Assembly (NCBI RefSeq): GCF_036321535.1
Contig: NC_087438.1
Coordinates: 13,704,001-13,768,000 of the forward strand
Reading direction: 5' to 3'
Source: Camelus dromedarius
Lineage: Eukaryota
Length of the DNA: 64,000 nt
The position numbers and the translations under genes are program-made. Below, one piece after another: positions 1 to 12,336 of the stretch; positions within the stretch are counted from its first letter, which is position 1, and each line of letters opens with the position of its first letter. Below the pieces are notes generated by a model, which saw nothing but the letters and a program-made list of their open reading frames with translations, searched no databases and was not told the origin of the DNA.

Positions 1-184
1 GTGTGGATAATAAGTAATCTGAACATTTTGTTTTATTCTATTAAACATTTTTACTCTAAATAAAACCAAACTATTATGCCATGTTGACAACATCTCAGTT
101 TTTTTTCGTGGCCCAAAGCAAGCGATCTGATAAGTTCAACACACAATGTTTAATTCTAAATGCCATATCATTCTTTATATTATA

Positions 185-1280
185 AAAATTTTTTTATTTT
201 CAAGTTGTTTTCGATTTACAGAAAGATTGCAAAGATAGCACAGAAAGTTCCCAGTCACCATTCTGTTCACATTCTTACATTTGTCGCAATTAATGGACAA
301 ATACTAACATATGTATTAACTGAAGTCTGTATTCTAGTCACATTTCCTTGATTTTAGGCTGATGTTCTTTTTTCTCTTCCAGGGTCACACAACCCTGGAG
401 TCATCATGTCTCCTTGGGCTTATCTTGGCTATAACGGTTCCTCAGAGTTTGCTGATTTTTTGATGACTTTGAAACTTTCGAGGAATACTAGTCAGTTACT
501 TTGTAGAATATCCCTCCATTGGGATATTTCTGATGTTCTTTTCATGACTCCATGATTCAACTAGGCCATGGAGTTTTGGGGAGAAAAACCACATCCGAAA
601 ATGCGATTCTTGTCACATTGTATCAAAGTTGTGCGCTCCCAACAAGAATTATGACCGCTGATGTTGACTGTTACCACCTTGCTAAGGTCTTGCTTGTCAG
701 GGTTCTCCACTGTGAACATAAGTCTTTTTTTCTCCCTTCACATACTGTATTTTTGTAAGGAAACCACTGTGCACAGTCCAAATTTCCAGAGAGGGACTTA
801 TGCTTTGCCTCCCTGTGGATGATCTGTCCATATAAAGTGGTCATGATATTCTGCAGTGATGAGATTAACCTCTTCTCCCCTGTTCATTCATTTACTTATT
901 CAGCCATTTATAGCAATACTGACTTACGGATATTTATTTTATTCTTTAGGTTAATCCAATATATTTTTACCCATTTTTAGACTTAAATTATTCCATCTTT
1001 AGCCATTGGGAGCTTTCAGTGGGTATCTGTATCTCTCTTCCATTTCTCCATCAATGTGTGTATATGTGTGGGTGTGCACGTTCATGAGTGTTTAAGCATT
1101 TCCTTACTTGTTACCATTACAAGGTAGCCTAGGTTCATCTTGTAAATGTCCTGCTCCAGTCCTGGAATCAGCATTTTCTCCAAGAAGCATGAGTTTTTCT
1201 TCATTTGAAAATTGTATTACAAACCGAGATTTAGGTATGCGATGTTCTTGTTACAGCCACTGGGGAATCATTTATTTTTT
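185..1280 (-). mobile_element. Old L1 (L1MC/L1MB-type) 3' UTR fragment
   Basis: Matches the antisense 3' end of old mammalian L1: 'gatttacagaaagattgcaaagatagcacagaaagttccc', 'ttttgtagaatatccctccattggga', 'cctggaatcagcattttctccaagaagc'. Subfamily is from memory; boundaries approximate. Confidence 0.75.
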
Positions 1281-2468
1281 AAAAGCTCTCAATTACATTA
1301 TTAAAAACAAAAAATGAGTCATGTGATGGTTTTAGCTTAATAGACTCAGAAAATATTATATGAAGGAAAGAGCTATTAGGAATGCATGCTAGGTGATACT
1401 GTGTAATGTAACTGATTTGTAATAATTTGCTTTCCATTGTAAGTAGGCAATGAGAGGTCATTTCCTGATCTTCCAATTGTTTATTTAAAGAACAAGACAC
1501 TTGCAGCCTGAAAGACTGGAAGTCTTTCTTATCATCCTCCAATACACACTGTACATTCCAATATAGCCTTACCTAAAACTACATATAAAACAACTTCTAT
1601 GGAAAATTCCCACAAGATAATAAAAGCAATGAAGGGGTATGTTTTCCACATTGAAATTTGTGCTTTTTAAGATATGAAGCTCACGTGTGTCACAGTGAAT
1701 ACTGTAGTAGGAGGTGGTTTAAGTTCTGAATTCCACTGGCTAAGAGGACATAATGTGGAAGAAAGCAAAACAAAATGGAGATACACAAACAGGGGTCCTT
1801 TTGCTCATCATGTTAATGAAATCAAAATACTTAAACAACTTGTGGAATTATTGAAAACATAAACACATGTATTTTTTTTCATGTGAATGCTATCAATTGC
1901 TTATCTCTTTAAATTTTAAATTTCCCCAAAAGGTACCATAGACTATTAAAGCTATCCTTTGTTACACCATAAAGCATAGAAAAACACTATTTTCTTGTTA
2001 CCAGCATTTGTTTGTTTGTTTTAAGCCAATGATGCAGGATATTCTATGACAGGAAGTTCTACTTGGCATCTTGCAAGAACTACTCTGTCCTGGATCAGAT
2101 AATGTATTTATAGTAAAGAGGGAGGAAAACTGTCCCAGAGGTTATTGAATCAATACATGTCACTAAAACATATGAAATAATATGCATGCAATTTAGAGTG
2201 TTTTGCCTCAGATTTGAGAAAGTGTATCCACTTCAGAATATCTCTGGATCAGTTCAGATTATCATTTGTGTCTTAGGATGCTTAGAACACCAACTACTGC
2301 ACATGAAAGTTACAGAAAATAGGGGAATAACTGTGCAAATACGTTATGTATTATTATCAATCCATCACAGAAGACATGTAACGAGAAAGATGTGATCAGT
2401 GTGTAAGGGTGTTTTGTCTGTGGGCAGTGAGTTGATTTCTGGAGGCTGATGGGAAAAAGTGAACCACA

Positions 2469-2909
2469 TGTTTGACTCATTTTCTAAGACTACCATCAAA
2501 AGTAAACTGGATAGCGTAAATAAAAAAAAATCAACTGACATAGTTTTGGAGGCTGCAAATCCAAAATCAAGGTGTCAGCAGGGCTAGTTCCTTGTGAGGA
2601 ATGGATATCTCTCTTTAGCTTCTGGTGAGTTGCCGGCAATCTTTGGCACCCTTGTCCTGTAGATGCATTGTCCCCATCTGTGGCTGCATGCTCACATGAC
2701 GTTCTCCCTGTATGGGGCTCCGCTCTTGAGATGAGAAGCAAGCAGTAAATGGAACAAGGTAGAGTCCATATTTTATTCTACGTGCCAAAGGAAATCTTTT
2801 AAGTTGAAAATATCTGTGACCCTATTGCCAAATAAGATCATATTCTGAGGTATTAGGGGTTAGGACTTCAACATATTAATTTGGGGTGAATACAGATTAA
2901 TCTATAACA
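2469..2909 (-). mobile_element. MaLR solo LTR (MLT1B/C-like)
   Basis: Contains 'ggaggctgcaaatccaaaatcaaggtgtcagcaggg' and 'tattctgaggtattaggggttaggacttcaacatat', and ends 'tctataaca'. Confidence 0.85.
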
Positions 2910-3096
2910 GATGGTTAGTCCTGATATTAGATTTGCCTTCAGTCTTTATGAAAAGTTTTTAATACAGCCATTTTAACAACCTCTTTTCATAACATCATAG
3001 ATTATACAAATTAATAGAATACTAAAATTAACATTGCAATGCAAACTGTCTCTAGTCAAATAAATTGGAATTTGGCTGTCTTATACATTAGCCGAA

Positions 3097-3120
3097 TTTT
3101 TTTTTTTTTTTTTTTTTTTT
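3097..3120. repeat. Poly(T)24 tract
   Basis: 24 consecutive T read directly. Confidence 0.95.
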
Positions 3121-4009
3121 GTGCAAGGTGTTTTACTGTTTAGGATTTTTGCAAACAACTTGTTTTGCAAGTTAAGTTAGGAATGAATACTCATGTAAGC
3201 ACAAGCATGAATGTACTAATATATGTTTTGTAGCCAGTTAAGATTTTAGAGTTTTGGTTTATATCTAAAGAATTTCTTCGTGCGAAGAAAGAGAATTTTT
3301 CCCTCTCATTAACAAAAGTAGTCTGTAATTAGCTCATATCTCTTATAAAGGTCAGTTTTAAATTTAAGCAGTATTAATTTTAATATTCTCTTTCACACAA
3401 CTGAAAAACTGTATAGACTAATATCAGGTAATCTTGCCTATACACGTGAGTGAAACCTAAAAATTCTAATATATTTTGAAAGTCTATGACAGAATAGTCT
3501 AAGCCTTAGAATTACGTAGATTCCCTCATAAATTATGCTGATTCTTAAAAGGAAAGAAATTTGATTTTGTTTTATGGAAAAAAAAATCAATGCATATTTT
3601 CTGGCATTATGTTTTTCTAAGAATTTTTAAACTACACTCTGTGTTCATTTCAGAATGAATTTCATGTGCTTTGTGATGATATGTGATGTTTATTAATGTC
3701 AAGATAACTCAACTTAGAGTCATGTGAGAATTTCTACGAAAATTTTATAAAAGAAAAATAAACAAGGGAGGAGTTATAAATGAGCCCATTTATAAGATGA
3801 ATGTAATTGTATTTTATTCATGAATTAAATGTTCAACTCTAATTTTCCAAGAATCTAACCTAAAATAGAAAGGTTTATTAATTACATAATTAATCATGCC
3901 AATTGAGTAGAGACACAGTTCTTAGTGCAAAATTTAGAAACTTTAGAATCAATAGGAACTTGATATTGTCTTCAAAAATATCTTTAGAGTTGACTTACTT
4001 AAGATTATA

Positions 4010-4265
4010 TGAGTATTCATTCACTAAAATCTACTATGTGAGTTACACTGTGCTGGGAACTCATTACCATAAAGAACACGATCAATAAAAGTTATTTATA
4101 GAACCTGAAATTAGTCTAGCAGGCAAGGCTGAAATATAAGAGTCAATTGTAAAACAGAGTTTTACTGAAGAAATATAGCAGATAGCATTTATGAAGGGCT
4201 CATAGATTAGCCTTAGGGAGTCAGGGGAAACTTCCCAGAGTAAATCAACTCCATGCTGTAACCTA
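4010..4265 (-). mobile_element. L2 LINE 3' fragment
   Basis: 'tattcattcactaaaatctactatgtg...cactgtgctggg' and 'ggagtcaggggaaaacttcccagag' are typical antisense L2 3'-end motifs. Confidence 0.6.
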
Positions 4266-4923
4266 AGGCAATCTCTTTATAAAGGAGCCTGGGAGGCTTG
4301 AAGATTATCCCTGCATTGGAATCATCCAGAAGTTAGAGAGGAACCCTATTATAGAGGAGATGGAGTTAGGTGATCACTATCAGCCCTTCCAATTCCAAGA
4401 CATTCTCATGCAAATAACACCATCCTTGGTAGAAGAGATAAGGTCTTAGTAATTAAAGTAGATCCTGTTCAAAAGTGTTCTCTTCTTGAGGCGACTGTTT
4501 TACTGTAGATTTCTCATTGTTACAGATCCCTTTGGAACACAGAACAACTTAGAGTTTGAGAACTAACATAATCAGGGAACTGCAGGTAGGAATAAAATAT
4601 AAGATTGTTTTTTAGAGAATAAATGTGGGACCTGAGTTGTGATAAAAATGCTCACCGTGACCCATATTCCAGCCAAGTGAGTGTAAATCTCCTCTCTTAG
4701 CCCAAAGCCCTGCGGTAAATGAGTTTATAATACAATTGAGCAAGAGGTCAAGATTCCTTTTGCTCATTTTCCTTAAGCATTGCTTGCTTGTGTACACGCA
4801 TATGTGCACACATGTGTATATGTACTGCTTGCAAAGTGATACAGGAAAAAATGGAGTGCAAAAGGATGGCCATGTCCCAGGTCTCGGACGAGTCTGTGGG
4901 ATCCCATGATTGGGTTAACAAAT

Positions 4924-5328
4924 TGTAACAGACCCCAGCTGCTTTTCTCCTTAAAGAAGAACAAATGTGCTTAGTAACTGCTTTGCAAGCAGGCGCCTGT
5001 GCGTCCGCACTCCTGTCTCCTTGCCGTAAAAAGCAGAGACAATGCCTTGCTTGCATAGTTGAGGTTTTAGATAGCACTCTGCTCATTGCAAAGCAACGAC
5101 CCTGGCCCTCAGCTATAAACGCTGGGCGTGCCTGCTGGTAGATAGTCTTCTATCCCCAAAGCAAGGACCTGGCTGGGCTGGTGGCCTGCTTTAGCATATC
5201 TGTAAGAATGTGTCTTGTTCCCCTCTCCCCATGACTTCCCTAAAGATAAACAAAGCCTTTGTACTCATTGTGATTTCTACAATCTCTACCCCATCCTTTC
5301 TTTCCCTAAATTCCTGCATTCCATCACA
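4924..5328 (+). mobile_element. ERV solo LTR
   Basis: Starts TGTAACA and ends CATCACA; TATA-like 'ctataaa' near 5113; flanks caaat/caact form a near-perfect direct repeat. Confidence 0.65.
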
Positions 5329-5454
5329 CAACTGTTAGTGATTTCCCCTTTGATTGTACACAGTAAATGTGGGAGCATTTGAGAGGCTCGTGGAGTTGGC
5401 TCCCCACTCCCTCTTGCTCTCTTGACTTTTTCCAGAGTCTTGAGTAATTCATTC

Positions 5455-6220
5455 TGTCTCGGTGGGACTTCTGCCTGCCAGAATCCACATGAGTCCCTGG
5501 GACACACCCCAGCAAGTGAGGGTCCTTGGCTTGGCACAGAAAAGAATTCAAGAGTGAGCCATGGAGGAGTAAAAGTAGATTTATTCTGAGAGATGTATCC
5601 TCAATAGACAGAGTGCAGGCATCTCAGAGGGCCAGAGAGGCCACGCGGTGTGGGGGTGGTCAAAATAAAAGCAGATACATACCCCATAGACCTAATGCAG
5701 ACCTTCTCAAAAGGCAAGAGAAAGGGGCATGAGGTATGGGGTCGGGTACTTGATTTCAAGTAAAAGTAGATACTCATTCCATCCTGGCCGACTCTGAAGG
5801 AGATGGAGAGAGAGGCTGGCCTAGGAGATGTACATTCCACACACAGAATGCGGGCCTTCTCAAAGGCAAGAGACAAGGCCATGAGGTGCAGGATTGTTAG
5901 TTTTTATGAGCTTGGTTATTTCTTATGCTACCAAATGGGAGGATTATTCCAACTACTTTGGGGAGGGTAGGAGTTCCCAGGAATTGGACCACTGCCCTCT
6001 TCTGACCTTTTGTGCTCAGCCTCGGAACTGTCATGGTGCCTCTGGGAGTTATTATAATACATTATAATGAGCGTATAATGAAGCTCAAGTTCTACTGGAA
6101 GTCAAATCGTTCACCATCTTGGGCCTCAAGGTCTATTGTGAGTTGTTTTCTACTATCTTGGTGCTAATCACTGCGTCATTCCTTTAATGGCTGTGCCCTG
6201 CCACCTTCCTTCCTGTCTCA
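5455..6220 (-). mobile_element. ERV1-type solo LTR with internal tandem repeats
   Basis: Right end 'cctgtctca' reads TGAGACAGG on the minus strand; contains 'ggtccttggcttggcacagaaaagaattcaagagtgagcc'; minus-strand AATAAA near 5580 and TATA-like motif near 5901. Left boundary approximate. Confidence 0.75.
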
Positions 6221-6516
6221 TAAGGACATACAGTTTTAAAAGCTTCTTAATTATTTTCTACCCACTGTCCCTTCAACACTCTTCTGTAGCAACACTCTTT
6301 TTTTCCCACATAAAAACCCCAACAAGTGCCATCATTTCTTGAATTATTCTTAGGAAATAAAATGTTATGCAGTAATTTTAGATCACAGACGCAGTAACCT
6401 AAAGTGACCAGCCTCAGGTGATCAGTTTAAAAGTATGACCTTTGGCACTTGCACTAACCCTTTTCCTTTATCTTTAACACTAAATACAAATTAAGAATAA
6501 GAAGTTTAATTTTCAC

Positions 6517-7154
6517 TATTGGAAAAAAAAAAAAGAGAGAGAGAGAGAGAAACTGCCCTCCATTTTCTTAGGGCATTTATTTTGGTAACTTGCAATTACA
6601 AGATTTTTCTCTGTCTCTTCAATATGTATGTAAATTTTTCTGAAGCTAAATAAGCCTCTCTAACGTCAGCTTTTTGACCAAGGATTGTCTTTCTCAATGA
6701 CCTGGGAGCCATCTCTGAAGTGTCATCATCAAGGAAGGTGGAGCCCCAATTCCTGTGGAAGGGGGAGGAACCTAACTTCTGCAGGAGCCTCCTTCCATGT
6801 TGCAAGTGTATTTCTTACCATCATGATGTAAGAAGTTTATTGTTCCTTTGGATAAAGCCAGTTAGCTAACAGGCTATCACTCCAATTATTGTGTGAACTT
6901 AAGATGATCCATGTGTGACAAATACCGCTGTCAAGTCCCTATAACACGTATGTAATGTGTTATGTCTTCTTGTCTAAAAAACTGCAGAAGATTTTATTTG
7001 ATCTTTGCAATCTTTTAGAGTATGCAAGTGATACATACCACCTTCTGGCTTAAGCCTTATTCAGTAATAAAACTGTTTTATTTCTCTTCTGCCTCTGTGG
7101 GGAAGTTCTCGGGATGAGAGTGGATTTTGTTTTAAATTATATCTTTCCGGCAAT
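6517..7154 (+). mobile_element. ERV1 solo LTR (MER34/MER31-like)
   Basis: Contains 'gacctgggagccatctctgaagtgtcatcatcaaggaagg' and 'gggggaggaacctaacttc'; AATAAA near 7066 followed by a U5-like tail. Confidence 0.7.
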
Positions 7155-7449
7155 ATACACTTGTCGCTCGCATGGGGCGGGGGGCAGGGAAGTGTGGGGG
7201 GTGAGGAGTAAATGTCCTTCTCCTGGCATCCCAGAGTTTCTCCTCCTCTTTCAGCTGTTGTCTGCAAGGTAAGAGCGGGAGGACCTGTGCAGTGAGTAAC
7301 AAGCTCTTATCTAGTGGTCTGCCAGCAAGATGGCCTTAGGCTCCCTGGTCTCAGTCAATGGTCAATGTCAACTTCTCTCAACTGGGAACTTTTAGTAATA
7401 TTTGACATGGCTGTGCCTCTGGCTAGCCCTGCATTCTTCAGTCCTTGTC

Positions 7450-7560
7450 TTCATTTATATTTAGCACTCACCGTGTACCTTAAGGAGCGCTAGACACAGG
7501 GGATACAACAGTGAGTCAAATGGACAAAATTTGTCTTGATGAACCTAATATTCTAGTTTT
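7450..7560 (-). mobile_element. L2 3' fragment interrupted by an LTR
   Basis: 'tcatttatatttagcactcaccgtgtacc...ctagacacaggggatacaacagtgag...aatattctagt'. Confidence 0.65.
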
Positions 7561-7575
7561 AGGTGCTACTATGGG

Positions 7576-7903
7576 TTTTTAAATGGTAAACAGCAGCATA
7601 CTAAAATGTTAAGAGTTTATCTGAGCCAAAATTGATTGGAATCAGGGGCATCAAACCAGAAGTGGTTAGACATGCTCCACCAACAACTGCTGGGGAAACA
7701 CTTCTATAGAGAAAGGCGGAGGTAAAGCGAGGACATTGTTGATTGGCTGAAGCCTAAAGCCTAGTTGGTTGCCTGTGTGTGATTGGTTGTCTCATTTTGT
7801 AACCTCGAGGCATTTCTCGACTTTTATTTTGGTTTGCTTATGTAAGCCACCACAGCATTAGAGCCACCTCAGTCTGACAGCCTCCTTGTTTAATTGTTTG
7901 AAG
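7576..7903 (-). mobile_element. ERV1-type solo LTR
   Basis: 'taaaatgttaagagtttatctgagc' is shared with the element at 50172-50548; contains 'gattggctg' and 'gattggttg' motifs. Boundaries approximate. Confidence 0.65.
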
Positions 7904-8511
7904 GGGTCTAAGAGAAAAAAATAATAATAAAAAGAGGTGGGAAATAGGCAGCTAGTAGGGGAGCAGTTGACAGTTCTAGGCGGCTAGATCTCACCTGCAG
8001 TCTGAGGGAGGCGGTACTCCACTTCTTACATTCTGCAAGGTTTATTTTAATCAGCCACTTTTATTTAAATCAATGTAAATAGAATTCTAGTTTTACAAGT
8101 ATTTCATCACCAAAAATTAAACCATATTGCTCGTAGTAAGAACAAATGCGGTGGAAGAGAAAGGGAGAAATAAAACAACGGATGTTTCCTCTCACCGAGG
8201 TCGATGTCACACTAGAGTAATGTGTTGAATTAGGCAAGAAAGTGAATACAGCAACATGGAATGTTTTACATATAATAAGAAACAAGTAAGACTCTTGAAG
8301 TCTTGCAAGATTATAAAGCGAGTACAATGTGATGAAAGTAACGGAGAAACAGAGATGGAGGTACAAAGACCTATTGGGGGAGGCTCTGTATTGAAAGGCA
8401 GTATTTCAAATTTGAGCTGTGTCCTGAAATGACGATATCCCAGCTGTGCACAGAGGAATGATAACTGATGAACTACGGCCATGGCAGGGGAGACGGGGAG
8501 GCTTTGGAGGG

Positions 8512-9232
8512 TGTATTGGTTTGCTAGGGCTGCCATGACAAAGCACCACAGAATGCGCGGCTCAAACAACAGAAACTTACTTTCTCACAATTCTGGAAAC
8601 CAGAAGTCCAAGATCAAGGTGGCAGCAGGGGTCTGTTCCAGGATTTCTCTCTGGCTTGCAGATGGCTGTCTTCCCTCTGTGTCTTCATGTGGCACGTCAT
8701 GAACTGGGTTGTGACCCCTCCTCCAAATTTATATGTGAAACTCTAAACTCCACTGAGATTCTAATTGGAGAGAGGGCCTCTAAGGATATAATTTTAAGGT
8801 AAAAGAATGTCATAAATGGGAGCCTATCCAACAGAACTGGTGGGTAGAGAAAGAGACACAGGGGCTGTCTCAGAGGAAAGGCTGGTGAGGAGTCAGCAAG
8901 AAGACACCTGACACAGCCAGAAAGAGGCTGTGAAGCTGAAAGAGACTGGCACCTTGATCTGAGAGTTCTAACCTCCAGAACCATGAGAAAATACCTTTCT
9001 GTTGTTTACGCCATCCAGTCCAACTAAAACATGGTGCTCTCCCTGTGTACATCTGTGTCTAAATTTCCTCTTCTTGTATGGAGACCAGTTATATTGGATT
9101 AGAGGCCACATCAATGACCTTATTTTAACTTAATTTCAAAGGCCCTATCTCCAAATATCATCACATTCTGAGAAACTGAGAATTCAGATTTCAACATATA
9201 AGTTTCAGGGGGACACAATTCAGCCCATGATA
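8512..9232 (-). mobile_element. MaLR LTR (MLT1A/B-like), split by a nested MLT1 LTR
   Basis: Starts 'tgtattggtttgctagggctgccatgacaaagcaccacag', contains 'agaagtccaagatcaaggtggcagcagg', and ends 'gggacacaattcagcccatgata'. Confidence 0.9.
8695..9031 (+). mobile_element. MaLR LTR (MLT1A-like) nested in opposite orientation
   Basis: Contains 'ccaaatttatatgtgaaactctaa' and 'ggcaccttgatctgagagttctaacctccagaaccatgagaaaata'; ends 'aactaaaaca'; flanks tggca/tggtg. Confidence 0.85.
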
Positions 9233-9245
9233 TGGTGAGAAATAT

Positions 9246-11373
9246 TGCATTATGATTCACAAGTGTTTTCCCCTCTACGTCCTGCCATGTTTCCACATAA
9301 GAGTGTGTTTCCAGTTGCCTTTAACCAAGGGACATCCCCTGACAAGTAGAAGGTAACCAGAGGAAATATATTACATGGACACCAAAGCAGAACTTCTCAA
9401 TGCCCTCATGTGCTTTCTACCTTTGTCTCCTGAAATTCTGTCCTCTGCCATATCTACAGTATGTCCCAAATAGGGATTTCTCCCACAGCATACATTCTGG
9501 GAAGGCAGGTCTAGCCAAGCATCATCAGTTTAACCCAGCTGAGCAACATCAAATCTGCAGCCATCACTTAGTGTGAACAATAAAAATAAGTCTGTTTGTG
9601 TAAGTCCTAGAATATTAGTGTTCCCAACAGCAGGAACTGACTGATAAAGAAATGTGTGCAAAAATGGCAAGCTGCCACAGCAAACATTTAAAATACATGG
9701 TATAGACTTTGGTTCTGGAGACTAACTGTTGAGGAAGGAAAATGCTATTGAAGTTTGCAACCACATTATGTATCAGAAAACCATTGGGTATGACTATCAC
9801 CTGTAATAACTTGGAAGGCACAAAATTTGTCAAAAAAAAAAAAAAAAGGAAAGAAATCTATGGCTTTGGGAAATGAAGTTTTACCCAAGAAAGAATATCA
9901 GTGTCATGAAATGTTTATTAATAGTTGCATTGGATGAATATCACAAAAATTAGATTGGCTCAGGAAAAGAGTCCTGTTTACAATCAAGGTGAAAAAAAAG
10001 AAAATGAGAGAATCCAGAATATCAGGACTGCAGGGATTTGAAGAAATTCTAGCCCTCAAAAGAATCTCAAAACAAAAACAAAAACAAAAATCAAGGATGT
10101 GGTCATCAGATCTTTTGTCAAAATATGTGACTGGATTAATGCTACACTTAGAAATTCATTCAATTAAATTGAGTGGCTCTAAGAAAGAGAGCAAGGATAT
10201 TATTTCATGGAAGCCTGAGAAACTTAAGGTGGTTCTAACTAGTTAAACAGAGGCGTGCATCTTTTGATAGGAATTTGGAGCTGACTGGAATCAGTAAAAT
10301 GTTAAAAATTGAATGTGTTGAGGTGCCTAACATTCTACCAATCTAGAGTAACACATAATACAACTATTCAAGATAAACATGTGACTCTTGGGATCCCAAA
10401 TTAATAGGCACAAGAAATGTACTCAGAAAACTGCTTGATTCACCCAAAGTGAATAGTCAAATAGTCTTCATGTCTCTTCAAATGCATCCAAGAAGGTTGA
10501 TAGAATAACTTTCCACAGGATAGAACCAAGAGCCATGGAGAACAGTGCTTCAGAGAGCTCCTCCTAGGATGAACAAGAACCTAATCAAGGATTCATGTGT
10601 CAAAAATAAAGACAATTCACAACTTTTGCTTCAACTTTAAAACTGCTATTGATCAGTGATTCTTACATACCTACTCTTTCTTCTCTTTCTTCTTTCCAGA
10701 TGTAATAATTTACTGTAGTTGTCTTACTACTGATCTACCATTCTATACCGTGTGTGTGTATGTGTGTGTGTGGTGGAAAGAAGCAATATCTTATCATTTC
10801 AGTTCATAGAGGTTGGATCAAACAAAACTGCATCCTGACTTGATGCAGATCAGGACACCCTCAATTTCAAGTCTGACAAAGTTGTTGGATGAGGTATTTG
10901 GAATTTCTTGAGGTGGATTCAATTACTTTAAGGAAAAAGCAGATGTTTTTGACCAAGGGGGTCAACTGTAGTAGAATGTATGAACTGTTCACAGTCGGTT
11001 CTCTCCCCACCCTGGCCATGCTTCCCTAGAGGTTGACTATGCATTGCTGACTGGTACTTAACCACATATTATTTTGGCCAGTGGTGTGTGAGCAGACGTG
11101 ATTTTCTCCACGTCTGTGCAGAAGCATTTAATGCACTTGTGTGATCTGGCTCTATTTCATTTTGTTCCTGTGCTCAACCATGAGAGCATCACCTCCCAGA
11201 TGTGGGCAGCTGCTTTGGCCTGGGTTCAAGAATAAGAACTCATTACAGAGGAGTAGAGTCCAGAAAAGCAAGAAATCATCTGTAATATCAAAAAAAAAAA
11301 AAAAAAAAAAACCGCTGTGTTATTGTAACTGGGATTTTTGACATTGTTACTTCAATAAAAAGTGATTAAAGCA
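9246..11373 (+). mobile_element. MaLR provirus (MLT1H/I/J-like), LTR-internal-LTR
   Basis: 5' LTR about 9246-9648, internal region about 9649-10966 ending in purine-rich 'ccaagggggtcaac', 3' LTR 10967-11373. 5-bp flanks aatat/gatat. Internal motifs are shared with 39235-40353. Confidence 0.7.
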
Positions 11374-11826
11374 GATATATCATCCAAATAACCATTGAAA
11401 CATAAACACAATATGGTATGTATTATTTAGGGGGGGAGAGAAAGTTTTCAAAACTGAAGAAAATAAGTAATAGCAACCAAGATATCATAAAATCTAGTCA
11501 AAGAAGAGCACTTGATTTTTGTTTTATACCTCGGTTCCATAGACAAAAGGTAAAAAGAAAAACAGAGAACTCTGTGTTTTGAAAGAAGCTAAAAGAATGC
11601 TTCTAAAACTCACTGTGACTTGTGCAGGGTATGGACACGTGGAAAACCTCCCAACTGAGATTACAGTACATAATGCAGGCGTCTTGGGTGAAAGTGGAAT
11701 TTCTGTAGGTTCTTCATGAATTCCTATTTATATCAGCCTTTGGGCTTAAAAATAGAGCAGCAGATACACTTCAAAGAGTAGATTTCTGACTCTGGGTCTA
11801 AAGGTCTTAAAAATTTATTGTCCAAC

Positions 11827-12336
11827 TGTAATAGGGAAGAACAAGTCTGACTCCACACTAGATCTGTTCCTTTAGCTCTAAGCCTGTGCTCTGTTTCCTG
11901 CACTTGGTCATGCTGGTTCTGCACACTTTGTAAAAGAATGTGGCCTAAACCCTGAAATACACAGGAAAGCCCTTTCTCAAAGCTCGGCCCTTTATGGGTA
12001 GAACACTTCTCCATTCATATAGAGATAAAAAGTTGCAGAACAGAGAATATTTGTCTTGTTGGAGGTTTACAGGGACACCATGACCAGACCTACTTGGACA
12101 GCTGTAAGAACAAAGGATTCCGACACCAAGAAGTTTGCAACAACTAACCACTTCCTCCCCTGTTAATATAAAAGGAACCTGAATTCTGACTCAGGGAAGA
12201 TGGTTCTCTAGGACACTTGTCCCCACCTTCTCAATCTGCTGGCTTTCCAAATAAAGTTATTCCTTGCCCCAGCACTTTGTCTCCCAATTTACTGGCCTAT
12301 CATGCAGTGAACAGAATGAGTTTGGACTCAGTAACA
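11827..12336 (+). mobile_element. MER41-like ERV1 solo LTR
   Basis: Runs TGTAATAGGGAAGAACAAGTCTGACTCC to GGACTCAGTAACA; perfect 4-bp TSD caac (11823-11826 and 12337-12340); TATA near 12167 and AATAAA near 12250; homologous to 20493-21047. Confidence 0.85.

Noticed and set aside
3097..3120. Poly(T)24 as a retrotransposon tail
   Set aside because: No adjacent element body or TSD is visible.
5565..5910. Repeat units considered as a CRISPR-like array
   Set aside because: The units are degenerate over their whole length, with no conserved-repeat/unique-spacer pattern; they sit inside a mammalian LTR and there are no cas genes.
9989..10246. ORF in the MaLR internal region
   Set aside because: Short, with a non-ATG start and no recognisable gag motif; decayed internal sequence.
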